From assembly GCA_051313645.2 (NCBI GenBank), contig JBNRSN020000012.1, forward strand, positions 150,598,001-150,662,000: DNA of 64,000 nucleotides, written 5' to 3'. The position numbers were made by a program, and so were the translations under genes. Source of the DNA: Centroscyllium fabricii (taxonomy: Eukaryota). The notes beneath the pieces are model-generated. The model worked only from the letters and a program-made list of their open reading frames with translations. It had not been told where the DNA came from and searched no databases. Positions 11,778 through 23,980 of the stretch are shown in pieces (the stretch's first letter is position 1; every line of letters begins with the position of its first letter).

Positions 11778-13169
11778 GTGCAGACAAATATAGAGGAAAA
11801 AATAAGTCAGCTTGGAAGGCAGAACAAATATGTCTCGGCACAAGGGGGTAGGGCAAGGTTAAATGGCATTTATTTTAATGCTAGGAGTCTGGCGAATAAG
11901 GGGGATGAATTGAAGGTGTTGTTAAACACATGGGAATATGATATTGTTGCCATTAAAGAGACATGGTTGAGGGAGGGACAGGAATGGCAGCTTAATATTC
12001 CAGGGTATAGAATCTTCAGGCAAGACAGGGAGGGGGGGAAAAGAGGAGGGAGTGTCGCGATATTAATTAAGGAGTCAATTACTGCTGTAAGAAGGGATGA
12101 TATATTGGCAGGGTCCTCTAATGAGACTATTTGGGTGGAACTTAAAAATAAGAAGGGGGCAAGCACATTACTGGGAGTATACTACAGACCCCCAAACAGT
12201 CAGAGGGAAATAGAGGAACAGATTTGCAGGCAAATCTCGGAGAAGTGTGGAAATAATAGGGTAGTAATAGTAGGGGATTTCCACTTTCCCAATATTGACT
12301 GGGATAGCCAAAGTGTGAAGGGCTTAGAGGGTGCAGAATTCTTAAAGTGCATCCAGGAGAGCTTTTTGAGCCAGTATGTAGGAAGTCCTACAAGGGAGGG
12401 GGCGGTATTAGACTTAATTCTGGGAAATGAGGACGGGCAAGTGGAAGAAGTGTCAGTAGCAGAGCACTTTGGGGACAGTGACCATAATTCGGTAATATTT
12501 AAGGTAGTAATGAAAAAGGACAACGATGGACCAGAAATAAAGGTTCTAAATTGGGGCAAGGCCGATTTTAATATGATAAGGCAGGAGCTAGCCCAAGTGG
12601 ACTGGGACCAGCTACTCGAAGGAAAGTCCGCATCAGAATAGTGGGAGGCGTTCAGAAGGGAAATTGAGAGTACAAGGGAAACATGTTCCCCTTAAGGTCA
12701 AGGGTGGGACCAATAAGCCCAGGGAACCTTGGATGTCAAGGGATATACGTGAATTGATTCGGAAAAAAAGGGGGGCTTTCGGCAGACATAAAGAACTAAA
12801 GACAGAGGAGGCTCTAGAGGAGCATAGAAGGTGCAGGGGGTTACTTAAAAAAGAAATTAGGAGAGCGAAGAGGGGCCATGAGATAACCCTGGCAGGCAAA
12901 ATAAAAGAAAATCCTAAGATGTTTTATAAGTATATTAAGGGCAAGAGGATAACGAGGGAAAGGGTGGGGCCCATTAGTGACCAAAGTGGGAATCTCTGTG
13001 TAGAGCCAGAGGACGTAGGTGGGGTTTTGAATGAATTTTTTGCATCTCTGTTCACTGTGGAGAAGGGCGATGTGGACATAGAAATAAGACAGGAGGAATG
13101 CGATACACTTGATCATATTAGTATTGACAGGGAGGAGGTACTAGCGGTTTTAGCAGGCTTAAAAGTGGA
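11778..13169 (+). pseudogene. CR1 ORF2 5' part (APE endonuclease and linker)
   Basis: YFNARSL, ETW, YYRPP, GDF, SDHN motifs; stop/frameshift near 12640-12665. Confidence 0.92.
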
Positions 13170-13469
13170 TGACGTATCATCAATAGTCTAATAAAACTAA
13201 AGACGCGTAGTTACCTTAACTAAAGGCTTTTATTAGCTTACAAAGGAGCTACGCTCCGATCGAACATCAGGTACAGAATGGATGGGGGCAGGTCAGACCC
13301 CACCTATAAGGCACTCACCTGAGGGGAGGAGTTAGAGGTGTGGCTGACCTGACCCCGCGACAGTGTCGCAATACAAAGCAGTGTATCATGCACCCGGCCG
13401 CTATACATACAGGTTAATATTGGGCAACAATATTATGGTGGTAAAAGACTATATATAACGGTTACCACA
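13170..13469 (-). repeat. 3' LTR
   Basis: Direct repeat of 17753-18052. Confidence 0.95.
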
Positions 13470-13488
13470 TTCACCCCTTCTTTGAAAA

Positions 13489-16400
13489 TTAAGTCCGGTG
13501 GGGTGAATGGACAGAGCAGTTAACAATGAGTTTCTCCGGCGGTCGCGTCTGTCTTGAGGACCGCTGGGTCTCTGTCAGCGGCGCTGGTGCCTGCAGTGTC
13601 GGCGGCGCTGGTGTCGGTAGTATCGGCGGCGCTGGTGCCGGTAGTGGCGGTGGGGTCGGGCCCTCCGGTAGCTGCTGTGCCTGCGGCGCGTTGTCTGAAT
13701 CCTGGTCCTCAGCTGGTAGTGGCGGGGGCTCCGGTGTGTATGTTTGTAACGGCCAGCCTCCGGTGGGTTGTGGGTGGTGTATCGGCCAGTGGTCGAAATG
13801 TAGTGGCTGGACGGGTTGAGGCTCGTCCAGGGGCTCTGCTGTGGTGCTCCCGGCGGGCGCTAGGTCCCTGATGGAGACGGTGTCCTCGCGCCCGTCCGGG
13901 AACTGCACGTACGCGTACTGCGGGTTGGCGTGCAGCAGCTGCACCTTGTCTACCAGGGGGTCAGTCTTATGGCTGCAAACATACTTCCTAAGCAAGACCG
14001 GCCCCGGCATCGTGAGCCACGGTGGAAGGGCTGTCCCCGAAGTCGACGTCCTGGGGAAGGAAAAGAGCAATTCGTGAGGTGTGGCGTTGGTAGCCGTACA
14101 CAACAGAGAGCGGATTGAGTGCAGCGCATCTGGGAGGACTGCCTGCCAACGGGACACTGGAAGGCCTCTGGACTTCAGGGCCAGGCTGACCGCCTGCCAG
14201 ATGATCCCGTTCTCCCTTTCTACCTGGCCGTTCCCCCGGGGGTTGTAACTGGTCGTTCTGCTTGAGGCAACCCCTTTCTGAAGCAGAAACTGACGCAGTT
14301 CGTCGCTCATGAACGACGACCCCCGGTCGCTATGGATGTAGCTGGGGAGACCGAAAATGGCGAACAGCGTGGTGAAGTGTTTGATCACTGTTGCGCTCAT
14401 CATATCTGAGCAGGGGAAGGCGAAGGGGAAGCTGGAGAACTCGTCTACGACTGTGAGGAAGTACGAATTGCGGTCGGTGGAGGGGAGGGGGCTTTTGAAG
14501 TCCACGCTCAGACATTCAAAGGGGTGGGTGGCCTTAATGAGGTGCGCCGTGTCTGGCCTGTAAAATTGGGGTTTGCACTCGGCGCAAACAGGGCACTCTC
14601 GGGTCATAGCCTTGATCTCCGTGATGGAGTAGGGGAGGCTACGGGACTTAACGAAAGTCTGGTGATACCCGGGTGGCAGAGGCGATCGTGGAGTTCCTTC
14701 AGCCGGTCTAGCTGGGCACTGGCGCACGTTCCCCTGAACAGTGCGTCCGGGGGTTCATTGAGTTTGTCTGGTCGGTAAAGAATGTCGTACTCGTAAGTCG
14801 AGAGCTCGATCCGCCACCGCAGGATCTTATCATTCTTGATTTTACCCTTTTGTTTATTATTAAACATAAACGCAACCGACCGTTCTTCGGTGAGCAGTGT
14901 GAAACGCTTACCAGCCAGGTAATGATGCCAGTAGCGCACGGCCTCCACGATGGCCTGGGCCTCCTTTTCCACTGCAGAGTAGCGAATTTCGGGTCCCTGT
15001 AGGGTGCAGGAGAAGAACGCTATGGGCCTGCCTGCCTGATTCAGGGTGGCGGCAAGGGCAAAGTCCGAAGCGTCACTCTCCACCTGGAAAGGGATGGACT
15101 CATCAACGGCGTGCATGGTCGCCTTGATAATATCTTCCTTGACCCGGGCGAATGCCGTTTGGGCTTCTACCGAGAGGGGGAAGACGGCAGCCTTGAGGAG
15201 CGGTCTGGCCTTATCCGCGAACTGGGGAACCCATTGCGCGTAATAAGAGAAAAATCCCAGACATCTCTTCAGGGCCTTGAGGTTGTGAGGAAGGGGCAGT
15301 TCCTGTAAGGGGCGCATATGCTGTGGGTCGGGGCCAAGGACCCCGTTTTCTACCATGTATCCGAGGATGGCGAGCCGATCTGTACTAAAGACGCACTTAT
15401 CTTTATTGTACGTGAGATCAAGCCGTTTCACCGTGTGGAGAAATTTGGCCAGGTTGGCATCGTGGTCCTGCTGGTCATGGCCGCAGATGGTCACGTTGTC
15501 CAGGTAGGGGAAAGTGGCCTGCAACCCGTTCTGGTCAACCATGCGGTCCATCTCCCTCTGGAATACCGACACTCCATTGGTCATGCCGAAGGGGACCCGG
15601 AGGAAGTGGTAGAGCCGACCGTTCGCCTCGAAGGCGGTGTACGGGCGGTCGGCTTTCCGGATTGGGAGTTGGTGATACGCCGACTTAAGATCGATTGTGG
15701 AGAACACCTTGTACTGGGCGATCTGGTTAACCATTTCCGAGATGCGGGGAAGGGGGTAGGCGTCGAGCCCGGTATAGCGGTTAATGGTCTGGCTGTAGTC
15801 GATCACCATCCGCTGTTTCTCGCCAGTTTTAACCACTACGACCTGGGCCCGCCAGGGGCTGGTGCTGGCTTCAATTATCCCCTCCTTCAGCATACGCCCG
15901 ACCTCCGACCTGATAAATGTCCGATCCCCTGCACTGTATCGCCGACTCTTAGTAGCAATGGGCTTGCAGTTGGGGTCGAGGTTGGCGAACAGCGAGGGGT
16001 CGACTTTCACGGTGGATAGGCCGCAAGTTGGGCTCCGCTTTAGGAAGGGATTGTCCCGGCTACTGACGGTGAGGGAGGCCAGGGTCCCGCCAAACTCCAT
16101 TGTCACGCTCTTACGGTGCCACTGGAAATCCAGTCCCAGTAAGACTGGGGCGCACAACCGTTTGAGTATGTACAGTTTAAAATTACGGTACACGCAGTCC
16201 TTAACTGTGAGCGTGACGGAGCAGTAGCCGGTGACGTCCGCCGTGTGGGACTGTGAAGCAAGGGAGACTTGGTAGCGCGTGGGCAGGATCTGCAGTCCGT
16301 AGCGCTGTGCTGTATCGGGGTGGATGAAGCTCTCTGTGCTTCCGGTGTCGAACAGGCAATTAGTGGCATGGCCGTTGACTTTAATCCCCATCATGGAATT

Positions 16401-17728
16401 TGATAGGGTGTGCGGCCTAGCCTGGTCGACTGTGGCTGAGGCCGAAGTGTGTGTGTTTGTGTGTGAGCCCTCCGCTGGCCGGGGCCGTGCACAAGATGGC
16501 GGCGCCCGTGATCCGCACATGGTAGGCCTCTGTGGACAAAATGGCGGCGCCGGGGAATCGCACATGGCTGGCCGCTGAAGACAAGATGGCGGCGCCGGGG
16601 GTCGCACATGGCTGGCCGCTGCGGACAAGATGGCGGCGCCCATGATTCGCACGCGGCGGGCCGCTATGGACGCGGTGGCGGTGCCCGTGGTTCACACGCA
16701 GCGGGCCGCGGTGGCTGGGTTGGCGGTGCCCGTGATTCGCACGCAGCGGGCCGCGCTGGGCGAGATGCCGGCGTTGGGGGGTCGCACATGGCCGGCCGTG
16801 GTCGAGTTTGGCGTGCCATGGGCGCGGCCGGCCTCTGCCGCATCAGGGTGGGAGACGGGGGCGCTTGTACCCTACCCCCGGACCGTCGCTGGGTCACGCT
16901 GCAGCTGCAGCTTACCTGAGGCCAAGGGCCGGTGTTGGAACTTTCGCAGGCCGCGCTGTTGTACCTGGAGCTGGACGCCGGGGCCGATTTGCAGGCCCTG
17001 GCGTAGTGTCCCTTTTTCGAGCACCTCTCGCAGGTCGCGGTCCTCGCAGGGCATTTCGCCCTTGGGTGTAGTCCCTGGCCGCAGAAATAGCATTTCTTCT
17101 CCGCCGGCGTCTACGCAGCTGCCGCTGCCATTGTGGGGGTCTCGACCCGTTGTGGGGCCGCCCAGGAGTCGAAGGCAGCATGTGAGTTTTGGCCGCCGTA
17201 CGCCTGTACTCTGCGGCGCGCGCCATCCACAGCGTTGGAGAGGGAGATCGCCTCGTCCAGCGTTAGTGTCTCTTTCTCCAGCAGCCGCTGGCAGGCCTCC
17301 GCGGACCTGATCCCCGTTACATAGGCGTCCCGGACGAGGAGATTCGCCTCCTCTTGTGCCGTCCATGGTTTGCAGTCACAGGCCCGGACAAGGGCTTGGA
17401 GCGCCAACAGGTATTGTTCATTGGACTCACCCACTAGTTGTGGTCTGGTCACGATCACATGTCTGGCGTAGACTGAGTGGACCGGGCGCTCGTAGCATTT
17501 CCTCAGTTTCTCCACGGCTTCAGGGTACGTCTTAGCGTCGCCGATGAAGGAGTATACCCGGCTGGAGATCCTGGAAGTGAGAACATGCAGCTTGTTCCCG
17601 TCGGTTGTCGCCTTGGTGGCCTCCATGTAGGCCTCGACGAGACTGAACCAGTGTTCAAAGGTATTGGCGGCGGCTGGGTCCTGTGGACTAATGTCCAGCT
17701 TTTCGGGTTTCACAGCACCGCTCTCCAT
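13489..17728 (-). pseudogene. gag-pol: gag-pol with frameshifts
   Basis: Gag 17728-17111; two CCHC knuckles near 17095-16990; LFDTGS protease; YLDN RT; RNase H; integrase with SDRG and VERENG. Confidence 0.92.
16490..16810. repeat. ~7 tandem 45-bp units between gag and protease
   Basis: CAARATGGCGGCGCC at 16492, 16537, 16582 and 16626, then more degenerate copies; encodes 15-aa Pro/Cys repeats. Confidence 0.85.
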
Positions 17729-17752
17729 TTAAAAATTTTAAGTTAATAAAAT

Positions 17753-18052
17753 TGACGTATCGTCAATAGTCTAATAAAACTAAAGAAGCGTAGTTACCTT
17801 AACTAAAGGCTTTTATTAGCTTACAAAGGAGCTACGCTCCGATCGAACATCAGGTACAGAATGGATGGGGGCAGGTCAGACCCCACCTATAAGGCACTCA
17901 CCTGAGGGGAGGAGTTAGAGGTGTGGCTGACCTGACCCCGCGACAATGTCGCAATACAAAGCAGTGTATCATGCACCCGGCCGCTATACATACAGGTTAA
18001 TATTGGGCAACAATATTATGGTGGTAAAAGAGTATATATAACGGTTACCACA
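17753..18052 (-). repeat. 5' LTR
   Basis: Direct repeat of 13170-13469. Confidence 0.95.
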
Positions 18053-19540
18053 GTGGATAAGTCTCCAGGCCCTGACGAGATGTATCCCAGGCTGCTGGGT
18101 GAGGCTAAGGAAGAGATTGCAGGGGCTCTGACACAAATTTTCAGAACCTCTCTGGCCACAGGGGATGTGCCGGAGGACTGGAGAATGGCCAATGTAGTGA
18201 CATTATTCAAGAAAGGTAGTAGGGATAAACCAGGGAATTACAGGCCAGTGAGCCTGACATCAGTGGTGGGGAAATTACAAGAAAAAATCCTAAGGGACAG
18301 AATTAGTCTCCACTTGGAGAGGTAAGGATTAATTAAAGATAGTCAGCATGGCTTCGTCAAGGGAAGATCATGTCTGACTAATTTGATCGAATTTTTTGAA
18401 GGGGTGACCAGGTGTGTGGATGAGGGTAGTGCAGTGGATGTGGTATACATGGATTTTAGTAAGGCTTTTGATAAGGTCCTGCATAGGAGTCTGGTCAAGA
18501 AGGTAAGAACCCATGTGATCCAGGGCACCTTGGCACAGTAGATCCAAAACTGGCTTAGTGACAGGAGGCAGAGGGTGATGGTCGAAGGTTGTTTTTGTGA
18601 CTGGAAGCCTGTGTCCAGTGGTGTACCGCAGGGATCGGTGTTGGGTCCCTTGCTGTTTGTAGTCTAGATTAATGATTTAGATATTAATGTAAAAGGCATG
18701 ATCAGTAAGTTTGCAGATGACACAAAAGTTGGGGGGTTGGTAAACAACGAAGAGGAAATCCGCAACATGCAGGACGACATAGATGGGCGGAACAGTGGCA
18801 AATGGAATTTAATCCTGAAAAGTGTGAGTTGATGCATTTCGGTAGGTCTAACATGGCAAGGGAGTAGACCATGAATGGTAGGACGCTAGGGAGGACAGAG
18901 GATCAGAGGGACCTTGGTGTGCAGGTACATAGGTCCCTGAAGGCAGCAGGGCAGGTGGATAAGGTGGTTAAAAAGGCATATGGGATACTTGCCTTCATTA
19001 GCCGAGGCATAGAATATAAGAGCAGGGAGGTTATGATGGAGCTGTACAAAACGCTGGTAAGACCACAGCTGGAGTACTTTGTGCAGTTCTGGTTGCCACA
19101 CTATAGGAAGGATGTAATAGCTTTGGAGAGGGTGCAGAGGAGATTCACCAGGATGCTGCCTGGGCTGGGAAACTTCAGCTATGAAGGGAGACTGAAGAGG
19201 CTAGGGTTGTTTTCCTTGGAGCAGAGGAGGCTGAGGGGGGACCTGATTGAAGTGTACAAAATTATGAGGGCAATAGATAGGGTGGATGGAGTGGAACTTT
19301 TTCCCTTGGTTGAGGGGTCAATAACGAGTGGGCATAATTTTAGGGTAAGGGGCAGGAGGTATCGTGGGGATGTGAGGAAGAACTTTTTCACCCAGAGGGT
19401 GGTTGGAGTCTGGAACTCACTGCCTGAGAGGGTGGTAGAGGTGGGAACCCTCACAACATTCAAAAAGCATTTGGATGAGCACTTGAAATGCCACAGCATA
19501 AAAGGCTACGGACCAAATGCGGGAAAATGGGACTGGTATA
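18053..19540 (+). pseudogene. CR1 ORF2 3' part (reverse transcriptase)
   Basis: LKV|DKSPGPD rejoins across the TSD; NYRPVSLTS, QGSVLGP and FADD motifs; several stops. Confidence 0.92.
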
Positions 19541-19613
19541 GACTGGGATTGATGGGTGGCACGGACATGATGGGCCGAAGGGCCTCTTTCTGTGCTGTAT
19601 TACTCTATGACCC

Positions 19614-20243
19614 TAAAGTCAGTGTATAAGTAATTAACAGGAAAAGCTTTTAATCAGGCCAAAGAAACAGCACTGAAAACCCAATTTTTTATTTTAATTA
19701 AAAAAAAAATTAATTGAAACCCATTAAAATCAATGCCTTCAACACTGTGAAAACAGCATAAACCTAATTTTTAAGCTACGCTAAGTAAGCATACTTTCAA
19801 AGCAATCAATCGCTTGTGAAACATCCATCACTGCAAAACCCGATTTTTTTAACAATTTTAACCATACACACTGTCTAAAAAAAGATTCACTACTGGCCAC
19901 ACAACATTATAAAACAAATTTAAAAGTTTTTAAAGTTAAAATTCCATTTAAACACTTCAATTACCGTCTTCTACACCGGAGTGCTTTCCCTTACGGAGGG
20001 TTTCCTCCTTTTTTCATGTGCAACTGGAAGACCAGTTACACACAGATGAACGCACAGAATCCCCCCTACCTACCTCGGAAAGTTTCGGTGCAAATCGCTC
20101 CATGCGTGCGAGACTCCAGCCTCGAATGGCTAGGTCTCGGAAAGGAGCGTTCCATGCGCATGCTCCGTTCGAGCGCATACCCGGTACTTTCCTCACGCTA
20201 CCTGCGGGAGTACCGGGTGCACTCCCACTCTAATTTCTGGCCC
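19614..20243. mobile_element. one-ended Harbinger-type MITE fragment
   Basis: Ends in AATTTCTGGCCC, the reverse complement of a GGGCCAGAAATT-type TIR; no left end visible. Confidence 0.45.
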
Positions 20244-20244
20244 A

Positions 20245-20332
20245 ATGTGCTCAAGTCCTTGGAGTGGGGCTTGAACACACAACCTTATGATTCAGGAGGT
20301 GAGAGTGTTACCCACTGAGCCAAAGCTGACAC
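20245..20332 (-). mobile_element. tRNA-derived head of the split DeuSINE-like element
   Basis: Minus strand GTCAGCTTTGGCTCAGTGGGTAAC (A box) and GTGTTCAAGCCC (B box). Confidence 0.65.
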
Positions 20333-20406
20333 TTCTGAAGCCCAATTTTCTAGGTTCATGCTCCCAGCAAATGTGCATCTTGGGAAATCGCAAGCATTAA
20401 TTTTAA

Positions 20407-21068
20407 TCCGGTTCTGACCGCATCGGCCGCCATGGAGGGGACCTCCTCCTCGAGGTAAAGTTGGATCAGCCGCCATCCGTCCATGAGGAACGCCGGGAGG
20501 AGCACTGCATGGATGGTAGGATGAGGGAAGATGGCCGGGAGCGAGCAGGGGAGCAGGGAACCCGGAGGACTCGGGGAGGGGAGAGAGATGCGTGGGCCGG
20601 GGCTGTGGAGAGAGATGCGTGGGCCCGGGCTGTGGAGAGAGATGCGTGGGCCCGAGCTGTGGAGAGAGATGCGTGGGCCCGGGTAACCCGGGTAACCAGG
20701 GGAAGCATTGAAGGAGCTACAGGGAAACATCGAGAGAGGAGCTACAGGGAAAACATCGGCATGGCGTCGGACCAGGGTAGGCCCAGGTCTTCGTACACGG
20801 CAAGAAGGTCTGCGAGTGAAACAACAGAAAGGATATTAAGAACTTTAAAAACTTGCGTGCAGGAGAGGCCGGAGCGGTACGAGAACGTGACTTGTGATTG
20901 ATGGCGCTGGTGAGGTGGCTGCCGTCTCACGGCCTCCGGGCATGTCGGGCAGCTTAGTGTTCTTTGTTGCGCGGTGCGTTCGAACCGTGAAAAAAGCATT
21001 TCACTGTCTAGATTACACTTGTTGTATTTAGTACATGTGACAAATAAAATTGAAATTGAAATTGAATT
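20407..21068 (+). mobile_element. non-coding LINE-tail retroelement with internal 27-bp repeats
   Basis: Four 27-bp units from 20581; 3' CATTTCACTGTCT..GACAAATAAAA(TTGAAA)n tail shared with 41827-41888; 5' boundary approximate. Confidence 0.55.
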
Positions 21069-21996
21069 TAAATTAATGACTAGGAAATCACGGGTAGCGC
21101 TCCCTCAGTTTCCTGATATGTGTGACCAGGAGGCGAGACTAGCCATGGATAGTGTGAACTTGAAAGATTGCCCCCATGGTATAAATATGATGCAAGTTCT
21201 GATTAAATAATACCAGAGTTGGACTTGTATTTAGCCCAATTCCAGTCTGTGGCTCACTTCTTGGTGACCCACCACCATTCTTTTGTCTCCTGTATGAAGC
21301 AGTGAAAGCCATATCAAAGAATAAAGATGACATGAAATTTCTGGCCTGTCATTCACTATACTGCAAAGCTAGTTGAAGGAGTAGGATAAAGATGATGTAG
21401 CAGGTTTTGGAAAAAATGCCAATTTGTATTATGAAACATCAAGCCAGTCTTTTTTTCTGGGGGTCATTCGCCCCGCCCTCTTCTGACAGCCACTTCCTCC
21501 AGGAGTGTTGGCCTTTATCACAAGAGAGGTGGAATACAAAGGGGTGGAATTTATATTACAGCTGTGCAGAGTTCTGGTGAGCAGCCAATGTATTTGCTCT
21601 GCCTGCCTTTTTATGTTTGTCTCTATGTGGAGGCATCGCTGTGCCCCATTTTGTATTTCCCCAAGGTAGTGGGACTAAGCATAAGGGGTTATGATGGCAA
21701 ACTCATGTCCCATCGGTCTGGACACAACAAGTTGATGTTCCAAAGAGCTGCATGTTACACTGTGTCAAAATACATTTTAATAACTACGCTGAATCCTTCG
21801 TATGCCCGCTCCAATTATAGTGGGGGAAGAAACAGGAATAAAGTGAATCATAATACTTGCATTCATCACCGAATTGCAGTGACATTTTAAGCAAAGGTAC
21901 CAGTAGAAACAGTAACCTTTAGAAAATCTCCTCTCAGATTGAATTAAATATAATCGTGAATGCTGCTTTGCCTTTCTGAATAGGTGTGATCTCTTA

Positions 21997-23417
21997 AGCC
22001 CCGCTTTCACTGAGGGCTACGAATATCCCGATATCCCGAATCGTCCCGAATCGAAATTCGTGGCGATTCGGCAAAAAAATGTGAAAATTCGTGGTGGATT
22101 CGGGAGGAGCTACGAATCTGGTACGAATTGACTACGAATTATTCGTGCCGAATGTCAAGAATGGTTTAAGAAACAAGTACGAATTCAAAGAATCAGGTAA
22201 TGCCCTAGTTTCACTGGAGGCTAAGTATGCCAAGTATCCCAAGAATCGTCCAGAATCGAAATCTTGGCGATTCTTGGTGATTCTGCATGTAAATGCGAAA
22301 AATACTTGGTTGAATCTTGGCGATTCTTGGTGAATTCTTGGCGATTCTGGACAAGGTTACGAATCTATCACGAATTATTTTACGAATGAGGTACGAATCA
22401 CTCACGAATCCACCACGAATTGCAAGAATTAATTAAGAATCCACTACGAACTCCACGAATTAGTTACGAATTCTACGAATTAGCTACGAATTATCTACGA
22501 ATGGCATTCGTAGTGCATTCGTGGACATTCGTGGACATTCGTGGTGCATTCGTGGTGCATTCGTGGTGCATTCTTGATTTTGAAAAAATGAAGAATGCCC
22601 AAGAATAGTCAAGAATGCACCACGAATCCACTACGAATCAGTTACGAACGGTAAGAAAGGGTCACGAACGGTAAGAATGGGTCACGAATTGTTTACGAAT
22701 CTATCACGAATTGAAAATTCGTGAACCCTCCTACGAATTTTTTTGACAAACAAAAACTTTCCTTAAAAGTAAAAGAACTCCCGCGAACTACCGCGAACTC
22801 TACGATTCCGCTACGAATCCACTACGAATCTACTACGAATCCACTACGAATTGCAAGAATGACCCACGAATCGGCCAAATTTAAAAATCGGCACGATTCG
22901 GGAATTCGTAGCCTCCAGTGAAACTAGGGCATAAGAATTTAACGAAAAAGGTACGACTCACTTACGAATGTGCCGAATTACTGTACGAATCCACTACGAC
23001 CGATTCGTACTTGATTCGTACTTGATTCGTGGGCATTCGTGCCTGTTTCGTGATGTAATCGGCGTGGGTCCACGAATTTGAGGGAGTCAAGAATAGGCCA
23101 GAATGCAGAAGAAGCGATTACGAATCGGTTACGAACGATAAGAAAGGGTTACGAACGATAAGAAAGGTTCACGAATTGTTTACGAATCATTCACGAATTG
23201 GACATTCGTTAACCCTCCCAAGAAAGTTTTTGACAAGCAAAAACTTTCGTGCCAAATTAACGAAATCACGCGAATTCACGCGAACTGTACGAATGTCTAC
23301 GAATCAACTACGATTCAACTATGAATCATTTACGAATTGCAAGAATTATCTACGAATTTGAAAAATTTCAGATTCGGGACGATTCGGCAATTCGTAGCCT
23401 CCAGTGAAAGCGGGGCA
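21997..23417. mobile_element. PIF/Harbinger-type MITE (outer), ACGAAT-rich
   Basis: TIR GCCCCGCTTTCACTG perfect for 15 bp and extending imperfectly to about 28 bp; TSD TTA. Confidence 0.88.
22201..22931. mobile_element. PIF/Harbinger-type MITE (inner, nested)
   Basis: Perfect 23-bp TIR TGCCCTAGTTTCACTGGAGGCTA; TSD TAA. Confidence 0.92.
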
Positions 23418-23651
23418 TTACAGCTGCTGCAGGGAGAAAGGGGAAGGAGTTCACTGGGACAAATATAGGAACATGCAGCAACATGTTAAAAGGGTGGCCA
23501 CAGAGAAATCAGGGGGAGGAAAAAACAAAGCAGCAGACACGACATATAACAGCAGGGAATTCTTTCAGTATTCGAACAAGAAGAAGGCTGTCAGAGATGA
23601 GGCAAGAATCATAAAAGATGCAAATGGGGCTGAAACAGAGAATGATCACTG

Positions 23652-23889
23652 TGTGGCGGCACACCAAGACTAACGAATCCGCCTCGAGAGCTGCGGGGCA
23701 TAGCCCCGCCCATCGGGTGACGTTATGACGTCACCACATCCCTCGGCGTGATGAGGTCACTAAAGCGGGTCTTTTAAATAAGCCTGCTCCTCGTGTTTCA
23801 GTCTCTTCCTTCCTTACTGTAATGTAATAAACAAGTATTTTTCTGTCTCTCTGGCTCCCTCGTGGTTCTTGGGTCCTGTAAGCGCTACA
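23652..23889 (+). repeat. 5' LTR of copy B
   Basis: Direct repeat of 27845-28082. Confidence 0.95.
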
Positions 23890-23890
23890 G

Positions 23891-23903
23891 TGGTGACCCC
23901 GAC
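23891..23903 (+). promoter_or_regulatory. primer-binding site, tRNA-Trp
   Basis: TGGTGACCCCGAC. Confidence 0.88.
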
Positions 23904-23980
23904 TTGGAACGACTTCCAAGGAGAAAAAGCAGCTACAGGATTAAAGATCAAGCAGCCTCAGGACACTTTAAAAGAAAAAC

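Larger units (their letters stand above)
13170..18052 (-). mobile_element. Ty3/Gypsy LTR retrotransposon without a recognisable tRNA PBS
   Basis: 300-bp TG..CA LTRs 13170-13469 and 17753-18052 (4 differences seen); 5-bp TSD GTGGA; PPT AAAGAAGGGGTGAA. Confidence 0.95.
9718..19613 (+). mobile_element. near full-length CR1 LINE (interrupted by a SINE and a Gypsy element)
   Basis: 5' UTR, esterase ORF1, APE-RT ORF2, and CR1 3' end GATGGGCCGAAGGGCCT...TGTGCTGTA..CTCTATGA. Confidence 0.93.
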
